From Nitrospirota bacterium (GTDB lineage: Bacteria; Nitrospirota; Thermodesulfovibrionia; Thermodesulfovibrionales; Dissulfurispiraceae), in the NCBI GenBank assembly GCA_963790025.1, contig CAWBMP010000004.1, positions 608,001 through 672,000 on the forward strand: a stretch of DNA of 64,000 nt, read 5' to 3'. Under the pieces are notes generated by a model, which worked only from the letters and a program-made list of their open reading frames with translations, was not told where the DNA came from and did no database searches. Below, in pieces: positions 38,738 through 48,266 of the stretch. The translations under genes were made by a program, and so were the position numbers. The stretch's first letter is position 1. Each line of letters starts with the position of its first letter.

Positions 38738-39154
38738 CTATAAGGAAGGCGGGGAAAGTCCTGAAAACGATAAATGGAACCCTTGTGCTATGGTAGGTCC
38801 TGAAGGCATTGACCGGAACCGGTTGCATAAATAAAGTGGGTGCTTTGTAAATTTTGTTGAATTATTCAGAAATGCTATTTTTGAGATGAAATCGTCATCA
38901 AGGGCCATTTGCAACTTGCAAAGAAAAATTGCAAATTCAGAATCGGTTTTCATGCTGCCCTTGTGAGCACATTTACAACCCGGAACTCTGTCAAGGACAA
39001 GATGCCGAACTGCCGATGAAAGGGGAACTATCCTGTTCAGAAGGGAATTGTTATGAACGGTTGTGCTGTCAGCACCTGAAAAAGGTGCCAGCATAAATAT
39101 GGATAGAGATACGACGAAAACCGCAGTGCTGCTATATTTTCTGCAGATACGCAT
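38738..39154 (-). CDS. Hypothetical exported protein with CKC and Pro-rich C-terminus
   Basis: Signal-like N-terminus, ends LSPPSL; no family recognised. Confidence 0.4.
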   Translation of the reverse strand: MRICRKYSSTAVFVVSLSIFMLAPFSGADSTTVHNNSLLNRIVPLSSAVRHLVLDRVPGCKCAHKGSMKTDSEFAIFLCKLQMALDDDFISKIAFLNNSTKFTKHPLYLCNRFRSMPSGPTIAQGFHLSFSGLSPPSL

Positions 39155-39429
39155 GTAAAGTATATCCTGTTACAATCTTAACCAAATGGTCCCGGGCTTT
39201 GTCAAGATGCGGTTATCGATCAGGATACCGGTTGCACACGTCGCAACACTGACCATTGGTCTGAATGGACAGCTTTAACTTATCCCTAAAATGTGCTATA
39301 AGATAATTGTGAGACGTTTAAAGCCCGGCTTGTAGGCCCACACTTCGGCCTGCAGGCGGTTTCCCCGGCGACTACTGTTGGTATTTAATTCTAATTTTGA
39401 CGGTATATCCTACATAATAAGGAGGTTTT

Positions 39430-39873
39430 ATGACAAAGGTAATAGCAGTAGTTGATTTGGGCCATTTCAAAGCATTCAGAGTCACAAAAAAACCGAACGA
39501 GAGCGCCAGGGTGGATTTGATAGAGAGTTACGATATACTTGACACCCACGGCAAATTCAAGGACAAATTTACTGATGCTGAAGGATGCTTCAACAGGGGC
39601 GAGGGAGAGGCCGGAATAGCTACCGGCTCAGGAGAACCTCACAATGTTGGGACAGAGATCGAAAAGAAAGTGATAATGCGAATCGCGAATGATATCAGCA
39701 CACTTGTCGTAAAGGAAGGCTGCGCAAAATGGTATTTGGCCGCAGGAGAGTGCATAAACAACCAAATCGTTGAAAATCTCGACCCTTCAGTTAAGGCCAA
39801 GCTCGACAAAAACATCAAGGCCGATCTGACCAAAACCGACAAGTCTAAAATACTGGGCCATTTTGAAGAGTGA
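39430..39873 (+). CDS. Host-attachment/baeRF-like protein
   Basis: IAVVDLGHFK...WYLAA...ADLTK; GGAGG RBS. Confidence 0.7.
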   Translation: MTKVIAVVDLGHFKAFRVTKKPNESARVDLIESYDILDTHGKFKDKFTDAEGCFNRGEGEAGIATGSGEPHNVGTEIEKKVIMRIANDISTLVVKEGCAKWYLAAGECINNQIVENLDPSVKAKLDKNIKADLTKTDKSKILGHFEE

Positions 39874-39948
39874 AAACCAGCCAGGGACCTTCAGGAGAGA
39901 CTCAAGGCGAAAAAAAAGGAGTGTCAGGACAGGTATGTAAGAAGACAT

Positions 39949-40593
39949 TCAGGGAGGACGGACAAAATGATTCTTCATGCGTGATAACGCCTCTTTAATC
40001 GTATTAATTTGAATATTTATGCCATATCTCAACCTTAGTTCTCGCGCTATAGCTTCCTCGTGGTGTATCCCCATGGCCTTCAGTTTACCGATAAATCCGA
40101 CAAGATCTTCCCATAGATGCCATGGGAAAATGACCCACCGCCATTTTGTCATCTTTCTTGTATAATAATCCGGAACTATGAGAGAACAGGTCTTGTGTAT
40201 GAGGGTAGCCGACCTGATCACTTTTGGTGAATGACTTCTCAAATGCTTTAGGGTGACTTCAAGGGTTTCTCCTGTATCTGTTAAGTCATCGACCAATAAA
40301 ACCCTCTTATTTTTTATATACTGACCGAGGGGGAATTTGATGACCGCTTTCTTTTTTTGAGTTCCGGCAGTTCCCCAGTGTTCTGCCTTTATAGTGGTAA
40401 GATCATTGATCAGCAGGTAGTCACAAAGTATCCGGGCAGGAACGTAACCTCCCCTGCCGATAGCTACTACAATGTCGGGGTCGTAACCGGAGTCTTTTAT
40501 GATCCAGGAAAGCTTTTTTGCATCACCCGCGACCCTCTTCCATGACAGGATCTCGCATCTGAACTTTTCCTTTGAAGGTAAGGGCACAGTCAA
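39949..40593 (-). CDS. Type I phosphoribosyltransferase
   Basis: AIGRGG, VLLVDDLTDTGET, WVIFPW. Confidence 0.9.
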   Translation of the reverse strand: MTVPLPSKEKFRCEILSWKRVAGDAKKLSWIIKDSGYDPDIVVAIGRGGYVPARILCDYLLINDLTTIKAEHWGTAGTQKKKAVIKFPLGQYIKNKRVLLVDDLTDTGETLEVTLKHLRSHSPKVIRSATLIHKTCSLIVPDYYTRKMTKWRWVIFPWHLWEDLVGFIGKLKAMGIHHEEAIARELRLRYGINIQINTIKEALSRMKNHFVRPP

Positions 40594-40605
40594 CCCCGCA
40601 TCAAT

Positions 40606-40965
40606 TTAAAACAACTTCTCCTCAACAGGTATATTAACGGCCGCAAGTCTTTTGTAATCTTCCAGCAGGCGAGCATTTGCAATATTCTTGTTTATCCTTG
40701 CATCGTCTGCGGACTCTTGAGTAGAACCAAACAGATAAACCTTAGATACTTTTCTGTACTTTCCCCCGGTTTTGAATGTAAAATTCGCAATAAGCAGATA
40801 CATATCCACTTCACTCTTCAACTCCTCAGTATCGCCTGGATGGACCTTCTGCGAAACATGCTGTTTTTGAAGATCAACCGCTGCACTGATTTTCGAGCCT
40901 TTTTTTGCTGACGCAATAAAATGTTCCAGTCTTTCAAGATGATTTTTTTTGGAAACTCCTACCAT
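40606..40965 (-). CDS. Hypothetical protein
   Basis: Likely start MVGVSKK after a GGGGG RBS-like stretch; the ORF-track extension overlaps an opposite-strand gene. Confidence 0.55.
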   Translation of the reverse strand: MVGVSKKNHLERLEHFIASAKKGSKISAAVDLQKQHVSQKVHPGDTEELKSEVDMYLLIANFTFKTGGKYRKVSKVYLFGSTQESADDARINKNIANARLLEDYKRLAAVNIPVEEKLF

Positions 40966-41211
40966 GGTGTCCCCCCTGATTTCGGCAGCCTGTAAAACTA
41001 TTAAGGCTTGAATAAAAAAAACACCGCTTAGTTTAATTATGCTGTTTTTAATGACGTTGTCAATAGGTATGAAGCAGACATTTAAGGAAGAGAGATTTGG
41101 ATGTTGCATCTTATCTTTTCTGTTCTCAGTGCCCTGGCAGGCACAAACACTTGCAAGTTTTCTCCAAAATGTATAAACTTCAATTAGAAATGTTAAAAGA
41201 GGAGAATCTTT

Positions 41212-41379
41212 ATGCCTGCTTATGAGTATAACTGCGAAGATTGCACGAAGGTATTTACAGTTTTTCTCTCCATAAAAGAATGGGAAGCTCATCCCAAGAT
41301 CAAGTGCCCTCACTGTGCAAGTGACAAGGTTAAAAGAAAAATTGCAGGTTTCTTCGCAAAAACAAGTAGGAAGTCATAA
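41212..41379 (+). CDS. FmdB-family zinc-ribbon protein (55 aa)
   Basis: MPAYEYNCEDC...KCPHCASDKVKR; AGGAG RBS; below the ORF-track cutoff. Confidence 0.85.
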   Translation: MPAYEYNCEDCTKVFTVFLSIKEWEAHPKIKCPHCASDKVKRKIAGFFAKTSRKS

Positions 41380-41649
41380 ATCCGCAAGTTCCTCTGAACC
41401 GGGTGCGAGGGCCACGCTGTTCATTTTTTATCTGATCGCAGCGGGTCTATCTCTCTTAAGACGGTGTCCCTGTTGCAGTTGAATTTATCCTGGAAATTCG
41501 AGGCTTCTTAACAGGATTTAACGCAAAGAGTATACCGAAGTCCGAAATAAACAATTAAAAGCTGTCAAAGCACCTGTAATTTGTCAAGTTTGTGCATACT
41601 GGGGTCATGCCACTCGTAACTTAAGAAATCATGTGATATAATTTTTTAT

Positions 41650-42528
41650 ATGCTCAACAATGCCACTTTAAAAATCGCAGTGAGCGGAGCCACAGGTTTC
41701 ATCGGTAAGAATCTGACCTCTTCCCTGGAAAAAGATGGGCACAAGGTAACGCCGCTTCCATCGGAAACATTCAATCTTCCGGAAGCCGACTTCATTGGCC
41801 TTATAAAAGACCATGATGCAATTATCAATCTTGCCGGAGCGCCGGTTCTCTCACGTTGGACCGATGATTACAAGAAAAAACTCTTTTCGAGCCGTATCGG
41901 TTCAACACGAAAAATTGTCGGTGCAATTGCGGCGCTTACTGAACGACCGACTACGTTTATCTCTACCTCTGCAATCGGCATCTATACGTCCACGGGTGTC
42001 CATACGGAAGACAATAACGTTCTTGCACGTAACTTCCTGGGCGATCTTGCAATGCATTGGGAAGGCGAAGCATTAAAAGCAAGGCCTCTCGGCGTAAGAA
42101 CTGTAATATTCAGGCTCGGCGTAGTGCTCGGCAAGAATGGCGGCGCGCTGAAGGTCATGCTCGCGCCTTTCAAAATGGGCTTGGGCGGTACTATCGGGAG
42201 CGGCGCTCAGGCATTCTCCTGGGTGCATATGGAAGACCTGAAAAGAGCTTATTCCCTTGCACTTATGGAACCATCGTTCGAAGGTATTTTCAACCTCACA
42301 ACTCCAAATCCGGCTACGAACAGGGAACTTACAAAGGCTGTTGCCGATGCTCTTGGTGTAAGCGCTGTCCTGACGGTCCCCTCTTTTGCACTTAAGTTTA
42401 AATATGGGGAAGGCGCAAGTGTTTTAACTGAAGGCCAAAATGTTCTGCCAAAGCGCTTGCTCGAGTATGGTTTTACCTTCATGTTCAGCGATATCCAAAA
42501 CGCCGTAAAAGACTGTCTTGAAGTGTGA
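41650..42528 (+). CDS. TIGR01777-type NAD-dependent epimerase/oxidoreductase
   Basis: SGATGFIG, INLAG, SRIGST, GLGGTIGSG, SWVH. Confidence 0.9.
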   Translation: MLNNATLKIAVSGATGFIGKNLTSSLEKDGHKVTPLPSETFNLPEADFIGLIKDHDAIINLAGAPVLSRWTDDYKKKLFSSRIGSTRKIVGAIAALTERPTTFISTSAIGIYTSTGVHTEDNNVLARNFLGDLAMHWEGEALKARPLGVRTVIFRLGVVLGKNGGALKVMLAPFKMGLGGTIGSGAQAFSWVHMEDLKRAYSLALMEPSFEGIFNLTTPNPATNRELTKAVADALGVSAVLTVPSFALKFKYGEGASVLTEGQNVLPKRLLEYGFTFMFSDIQNAVKDCLEV

Positions 42529-42556
42529 CATACTCTTCTTAGCAGGATACTGCAAT

Positions 42557-42745
42557 ATTCTTAAAGATGCCGGTCTGATCAAGGATAGAAAACAGGGCAA
42601 ATGGATCGACTGCAGCCTGCATGACTCGGATATGTTCAGGAGATTCTTAATCCTTTCTGTCCTGGAAAAAATCTCTGCCGGATCAGTGGCTATATCACTG
42701 GTTCTGGTGATTGCTTATAAGCTGCACGAAATGGGGGTCTTATGA
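42557..42745 (+). pseudogene. Chimeric relic: arsR C-terminal part fused in frame to the last 21 codons of hgcA
   Basis: 34/40 aa identical to arsR at 58340-58681, then GSVAISLVLVIAYKLHEMGVL vs hgcA tail GSVIVSLLLVLVYKLNEWGIV. Confidence 0.85.
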
Positions 42746-42837
42746 AATATTTGTCAAATGTTGCAAGCCTGGTATTTGTGGAAGAGAAATGTACCGGTTG
42801 CGGCGATAAAGATACGACCGGCGGCGGATGTTGTTGA
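42742..42837 (+). pseudogene. Internally deleted hgcB relic (31 aa)
   Basis: MKYLSNVASLVFVEEKCTGCG|DKDTTGGGCC; 18/21 identical to the HgcB N-terminus; same ATGA overlap and GGCC end. Confidence 0.9.
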
Positions 42838-42887
42838 TTCATTCTCAACTCATTTACAATTTCTCGCCTCTGCCTTATACTATTTTT

Positions 42888-43208
42888 ATGAAGCTGATGA
42901 GAATGCTTCTTATTCTCTTGTCTTTTTCACTCATTCTGCAAAATACCTGCCCCTATGGATTTGCAGCCAAGACAGCGTTTGCGGCTCCGCGCACAAACCA
43001 GTGTCCCTTCCATCATCACTCCACAAACGGACAAGGAACCGTTGATAATAATGCAAACAAAGTTATCTTTCCAGCTTTTGTGATGGTTGTCCCGTCTGTG
43101 CAACCATGCATTCAGCGTTTTCCTGTAAGCGGCGATTACTCTTTTTCTTCTTCCTACAGATATACTGATCCTTTCAAAGAGCCCCTGATAAAACCGCCTG
43201 CAACCTAA
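42888..43208 (+). CDS. Small exported Cys/His protein with C-terminal KPP (DUF2946/leader-like)
   Basis: Signal peptide, CPYG, CPFHHH, ends EPLIKPPAT. Confidence 0.55.
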   Translation: MKLMRMLLILLSFSLILQNTCPYGFAAKTAFAAPRTNQCPFHHHSTNGQGTVDNNANKVIFPAFVMVVPSVQPCIQRFPVSGDYSFSSSYRYTDPFKEPLIKPPAT

Positions 43209-43300
43209 AAATCTCTGCCATTAATCTCGTGATATAAGAATGCCCTGTGCGCGCATGGGGCGTGCACTATTGCTTAGACAGAAAATTCAGGAGGTTGCAA

Positions 43301-44470
43301 ATGAACAGAAAGACCGTTCTGAGTGGTGCCATTGTGCTCTACTTTATAATTGGTTTTGAGATATTGATAATGATAAGCCCTTTTGCCGGGCTATTCTATT
43401 CCGTATTCACGCCTTTCTTGCTTGAGGTAGCCAAGTACCCTGCCACTCGATGGTTGAGCGCCTTTTATCTGCCCCACATGGTAGTCCCACCGGATGCCTT
43501 TTTGAAGTTTATTCGTGTTATGGGGTCAGTTTTTTTTGTGTCGGGCATCGCAATGTTTTTTATTTGTGCGTTTCAGGTCTATACGAATAAGTTCCTTAAG
43601 AGGGGTACTGCCTTAAAAGGCATATACTCGATCATTCGGCATCCTCAATACGTTGGGCTTGTTAGCGCCGGCATAGGGCTTTCCATCCTGTGGCCGAGAT
43701 TCCTTACGGTAGTCCTATGGCTTGTAATGATCCTACTCTATTATTTCCTCTCCAAAGACGAGGAACGGAGAATGATGAACCAATATCCGGAAACATACAG
43801 TGCATATATGGAGAAAACCGGAATGTTCCTGCCGAAGAAAATTGAAAGCCGAGTAGCTCCTTCAGGCGTTTCGGGGAAAATAGCAATGTTTGTTCTCATT
43901 GCCACATTTACAATCGGTAGCGTTTTTTTTCTGCGATACTACACAATAAGACACCTTCCCCTTTGGACAAGTCCAAACGTCGTTGCCTTCGCGCTAATGC
44001 CGGATGATACTCAAAAGATGGAACGCAAAATGAATGACGTCCTGTCAATGCCTGATGTAAAGACAAGATTGAAAGCTGATGAAAAGTATCTTGTCTATTT
44101 TATCCCAACTGATTACATAATGCAGGGACTTATCGCTGATACTGGAGTTGAGTGGAGACTTTATAGAAGGCACTTCACTATAAGCAGATTTCTCGATTGG
44201 GTATTTCATCCTTTCAGTCACCTGGCAGGCGGACATCATGCCGGGCATGAACATACCGTTATGGATATAAACAGCGGGATGGTGAGGAGACTGATTTTTC
44301 TGAACATCCCGGATAGCTCAATCAGCACTCCATATGATTTCTTTTCAATAAATGCGCGGAGGACACCTCAGTTTATGGCTGATATAGATATCCACAATCT
44401 GAAGATTCTCTATTTAAAAGATTTGTCGCAGGACACCGGGTGGGGCAAGCTGCCAGTTCCGACGTTTTAG
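43301..44470 (+). CDS. Membrane methyltransferase family protein (ICMT/PEMT-like) with C-terminal extension
   Basis: GIYSIIRHPQY, EERRM...Y..Y...TGMFLP; GGAGG RBS. Confidence 0.75.
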   Translation: MNRKTVLSGAIVLYFIIGFEILIMISPFAGLFYSVFTPFLLEVAKYPATRWLSAFYLPHMVVPPDAFLKFIRVMGSVFFVSGIAMFFICAFQVYTNKFLKRGTALKGIYSIIRHPQYVGLVSAGIGLSILWPRFLTVVLWLVMILLYYFLSKDEERRMMNQYPETYSAYMEKTGMFLPKKIESRVAPSGVSGKIAMFVLIATFTIGSVFFLRYYTIRHLPLWTSPNVVAFALMPDDTQKMERKMNDVLSMPDVKTRLKADEKYLVYFIPTDYIMQGLIADTGVEWRLYRRHFTISRFLDWVFHPFSHLAGGHHAGHEHTVMDINSGMVRRLIFLNIPDSSISTPYDFFSINARRTPQFMADIDIHNLKILYLKDLSQDTGWGKLPVPTF

Positions 44471-44530
44471 GTTTTCTATGGGAAGAACTTTAATTACTGG
44501 GTAGAGGATTGTCGATTTTTTTTATTTCCA

Positions 44531-44647
44531 AAGCTGGGATTAACAGCTTTTGGCGGTTCGGCAATGGCTGCCAACATAAAGGGAATAGGGGTAAATCGTC
44601 ACAGGCAGCTCGATGAAGAGACATTTAAAGACGGTTCTGTTTTATAA
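44531..44647 (+). pseudogene. Relic of a chromate-transporter (chrA) N-terminus
   Basis: KLGLTAFGGSAMAANIKGIGVNRHRQLDEETFKDG, 24/35 identical to the N-terminus of 45717-46895. Confidence 0.8.
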
Positions 44648-44690
44648 ACATAATTTATTTAAAATCGAACTTTAAAAGGAGACTAAGAAT

Positions 44691-45542
44691 ATGGAAGACA
44701 AAAGGATATTTGAGGAAGGTTTTTCAAGAAGAGGGCTTATCAAAACAATTGGAACTGGCGGTCTGGCTGTCGCAGCTTTTGGCGGTCTGGGTCTCTTTAC
44801 GCAGGCAGAGGCAAAAGGCAAATCGCAGAAGGTTCCATGGCTATATAAGACATTGAGCGAGGCGGAGATCAAGCAGGCGGGTGAGCGCGCCTATAATAAC
44901 TGGTTCAAGGGGTTTTGCGCGTATGCGGCCTTGAGCGGCATAGTCGAGACACTTGCCGATAAAGTCGGAGGACCCTACAAGACGTTCCCCATGCAAACCG
45001 TTATGTTCGCTCACGGCGGAACAGCGGGCTGGGGCTGCACATGCGGAACCTTGATCGGGGCGGGAGTCGGAGCATCCCTTATCGTTCCTTTCAGGGAGGT
45101 AGAGGAATTAGTAAACGAGGTTATGTACTACTACGCCGAAACAGCGCTTCCGACTTTTGTTCCTGCAAAACCGGTAGCATACAAGGAGCCCCTTAAGGCA
45201 ACAAGCACGGCCAATTCCTGCCTCTGCCACGTCTCCGTGGGCAAATGGATGAAGGCTGAGGGGATAGCGGAAGGAACAGGTCCGGAAAGTGTAGGATTCC
45301 TGAGCCTGCAGCAGATGGACAGATGCGCCAGGATGGCGGCAAACATGTCGATGAAAACACTTGAACTTATAAACCTATGGAAGGAAGGCAAGTTCGAGGC
45401 CAAGAACGAAGCCCCTTCTTCCGCCAACCATATACCCTCCAATAATAACTGTACCGATTGCCACCACGATACTGTCCCGACACCGGGACCGTTCGGCACA
45501 GGAGTGGGAATACTCAAAGGAAAGTATGGTATCGGACTCTGA
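44691..45542 (+). CDS. Tat-exported split-Soret cytochrome c / C-GCAxxG-C-C family protein
   Basis: SRRGLIK Tat motif, GGTAGWGCTCG, CHVSV, RCA, C-terminal CTDCH. Confidence 0.8.
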   Translation: MEDKRIFEEGFSRRGLIKTIGTGGLAVAAFGGLGLFTQAEAKGKSQKVPWLYKTLSEAEIKQAGERAYNNWFKGFCAYAALSGIVETLADKVGGPYKTFPMQTVMFAHGGTAGWGCTCGTLIGAGVGASLIVPFREVEELVNEVMYYYAETALPTFVPAKPVAYKEPLKATSTANSCLCHVSVGKWMKAEGIAEGTGPESVGFLSLQQMDRCARMAANMSMKTLELINLWKEGKFEAKNEAPSSANHIPSNNNCTDCHHDTVPTPGPFGTGVGILKGKYGIGL

Positions 45543-45593
45543 AATAAAAAGTGAAAAAAAGATAAAAGTTAAATAATGTTAGAGGTTTCATGA

Positions 45594-45632
45594 GGGAGTT
45601 TTCGGCATTCTGCAAGATTGTCGAGAACTCTC
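45594..45632. terminator. Hairpin between convergent transcription units
   Basis: GGGAGTTTTCGGCA / TGTCGAGAACTCTC. Confidence 0.5.
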
Positions 45633-45716
45633 AAAATCCCCCGCTTAATTATATTTAGAGACACAGCGGGGACATATTGATAAAGAAGATCTATCCGTAA
45701 TATATCATCCGGTACA

Positions 45717-46895
45717 CTAAAATATAATAACTGAGATAAGGGCTGCTACAAGCACAACGTAGAGAATATCGACTTTTCTCACAAGTGCGGCAAGGGATCC
45801 ACATGCTAATAATATCCGGAGAATATCCCATGGAACAGCCATAGCGAACTGTATGGTCACGAAGAAAAGAAGCCCTACAAAGGAAGCGAGTATACCCTTT
45901 GTTGCCCTGAGAAAGTAAGCGGAATTCTTCAGCTTGTCCATTACGGGTGTAAAGGAGATCACCATAAGAAAAGATGGGGTAAATATGGCAACAGTGGCGA
46001 CAACAGCGCCTGCTATTCCATGAATTAAGTAGCCAACAAAGGTTGATGTGATAACTATGGGGCCTGGCGTGACCTGTCCGAGAGCTATCCCATCCATGAA
46101 GGTCTTGCTGTCCATCCATCGCCTTGCATCAACCACCTCATGAAGCATCAGTGGTACGGAAGCAAAGCCGCCGCCAAAGGCGAAGAGATCAATCCTCATC
46201 ATCAACACGGCGAGACTAAAGATTTTTGTATCTATGAGATAAATCATGAGAAGCCCTAGAAGCAAAATCAAGAGAAGCACAGAGAGTTGTTTTCCACTAT
46301 GCCTGTCTGTTTCCCTTTCACCGGATGATGCAGGAATAATGCCCTTGCCACTCAGAAATACAATGCCAGCTAAGGCGGCCCCCAAAATGACAATAAAGGG
46401 GCTTACTCCGGCCCACAGAACGACGGCGGCCGCTAAGGTAAGAAGGATGTCTTTGAAATTCTTAAACGTGCTTTTGCCGAAGGAATATGTCGCATTTGCA
46501 ACGATGGCAACCACGACAACCTGTAGGCCTTTAAACAGTGAGACAATCATGGAAACTGCATGATACCTGGCATAGAGCGAGGAAAGTATCAGCATCAAAA
46601 TAAATGCAGGCAGACCGAAGCCGACAAACGATGCCAATGCGCCTACGATACCCCTTGCCCTAAGACCCACATATGCAGCGGTCTGCATTGCGGTGGCTCC
46701 CGGTATTGTTTGGCAGAGTGCGACCCCATCCTTAAATTTTTCTCCGTCAAGCCACTTGTGACGCATTACAGCCATTTCTTTTATGTACGCAACCATTGCA
46801 GGACCGCCGAAGGCGGTCAGCCCGAGCTTTAAGAAGGAAAAGAATAGTTTCAATGGTGTAGGGCGCGTATTAATAAGTCCTCTATTTTTCTTCAA
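45717..46895 (-). CDS. chrA: Long-chain chromate (CHR) efflux transporter
   Basis: Two CHR domains: AFGG...QTIPG and AFGGG...GQVTPGP. Confidence 0.9.
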   Translation of the reverse strand: MKKNRGLINTRPTPLKLFFSFLKLGLTAFGGPAMVAYIKEMAVMRHKWLDGEKFKDGVALCQTIPGATAMQTAAYVGLRARGIVGALASFVGFGLPAFILMLILSSLYARYHAVSMIVSLFKGLQVVVVAIVANATYSFGKSTFKNFKDILLTLAAAVVLWAGVSPFIVILGAALAGIVFLSGKGIIPASSGERETDRHSGKQLSVLLLILLLGLLMIYLIDTKIFSLAVLMMRIDLFAFGGGFASVPLMLHEVVDARRWMDSKTFMDGIALGQVTPGPIVITSTFVGYLIHGIAGAVVATVAIFTPSFLMVISFTPVMDKLKNSAYFLRATKGILASFVGLLFFVTIQFAMAVPWDILRILLACGSLAALVRKVDILYVVLVAALISVIIF

Positions 46896-47538
46896 CGATC
46901 CTCCCGTTTTGCATAATCAGATTCTTGTCCGCCAGTCTTCCAGCTTGTTTTTTATCATGTGTGGTGATCACAACAGTTGTATTATGTTCTTTTTTCAGCT
47001 TCATGACTATGTTTTCTATAATATCCGTATTGGCCTGATCTACAGATGCAGTTGGCTCATCAAGAAAAAGAATTTCAGGTTTTATGACCAGCGCCCTTGC
47101 TATGTTAAGGCGCTGTGTTTCACCGCTTGAAAGGGTCAAGGCGTTTTGATCACTTTTATAGCCCAGACCGACAAACTCAAGGGCCTCCCGAACCTTTACC
47201 CTCGCCTGCGCACCTTTAATTCCTCTGATTGTCAAACCATAGGTGATATTTCGAAATACCGTAGTGTTGAAAACACCGGAACGGGAAAAGACCATGGTGA
47301 TCTTGCGCCTCAATGACAAGTCCTTAACTGCCGTGCTGTCTTGAGAGAAGAATAAGATATCACCGCTGTCAGGCGGCTCTATTAGAGCACAGATTCTCAG
47401 AAATGTAGATTTGCCGCAGCCGTTCGGTCCTGTTAAGACATAAATGCCGCTCCCGTCAAAAGAGAATGAGCATTCTTTCAGCACACAGCTTCCGTTATAG
47501 CTCTTCCCGATATTTAATGCTGCAAATGTAAGGCTCAC
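46882..47538 (-). CDS. tupC: Tungstate ABC transporter ATPase
   Basis: GPNGCGKST, LSSGE, LDEPT; follows tupAB. Confidence 0.85.
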   Translation of the reverse strand: MSLTFAALNIGKSYNGSCVLKECSFSFDGSGIYVLTGPNGCGKSTFLRICALIEPPDSGDILFFSQDSTAVKDLSLRRKITMVFSRSGVFNTTVFRNITYGLTIRGIKGAQARVKVREALEFVGLGYKSDQNALTLSSGETQRLNIARALVIKPEILFLDEPTASVDQANTDIIENIVMKLKKEHNTTVVITTHDKKQAGRLADKNLIMQNGRIVEEK

Positions 47539-48242
47539 CTTTTTGCCCCACTGATGCCCCTCTTCTGAATAAAATACAGGGCTGAATTTATTGCAAGAGA
47601 AATTGACAAGAGTATTATGCCGAGCGCAAGTGCAAGCTCGAAATTCCCTTTGTCCGTTTCCATTGCTATGGTCGTCGTCATCACTCTGGTAAAGCTTGCG
47701 ATATTGCCGCCGACAATTAGTATTGCTCCGACTTCGGCCATAACCCTACCAAAAGCTGCCATTATCGCCGACATTATTCCGTAGCGGGCCTCTCTTATTA
47801 CAGTCATCGAAACCTGGAAACGGGTCGCGCCGAGCGTCATCGCAGTTTGCTTAATGATGGGATCAACACTCACAATAGCCGAATGACTTAGAGATGAGAC
47901 AATAGGGAAGGAAAGGACGCTCTGGGCAATAATCATGGCGGAAGGGGTATAGAGCAGAGACATAAAACCCAGAGGGCCGTTCCTCGATAATAAAAGGTAT
48001 ATGAACAGTCCAACAACAACCGGAGGCAGTCCCATAAAGGTGTTTAAAATGCTTATGCTCAAACCCCTTAACGGGAATTTTCTGAATGCAAGAAGAGCGC
48101 TAAGTGGAAGGCCGATAAAGGTAGCGCAAAGAAGCGCGGAACCGGATACCCTGATAGACAGAAATATGATTCCGAGAAGTTCTTTATCGAGATTCAGAAT
48201 GAGAAAAAGCGCTCTTGTAAAACTCTCCAATATTGAACTCAT
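47535..48242 (-). CDS. tupB: Tungstate ABC transporter permease
   Basis: GLPPVVVGL, AFGRVMAEVG, GGNI, TRVMTT. Confidence 0.9.
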   Translation of the reverse strand: MSSILESFTRALFLILNLDKELLGIIFLSIRVSGSALLCATFIGLPLSALLAFRKFPLRGLSISILNTFMGLPPVVVGLFIYLLLSRNGPLGFMSLLYTPSAMIIAQSVLSFPIVSSLSHSAIVSVDPIIKQTAMTLGATRFQVSMTVIREARYGIMSAIMAAFGRVMAEVGAILIVGGNIASFTRVMTTTIAMETDKGNFELALALGIILLSISLAINSALYFIQKRGISGAKR

Positions 48243-48266
48243 AAACTATATCCTGTCCTAATTCAT

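Noticed and set aside
39325..39360. GC-rich hairpin in the leader of the host-attachment gene as a riboswitch
   Set aside because: No recognisable riboswitch consensus.
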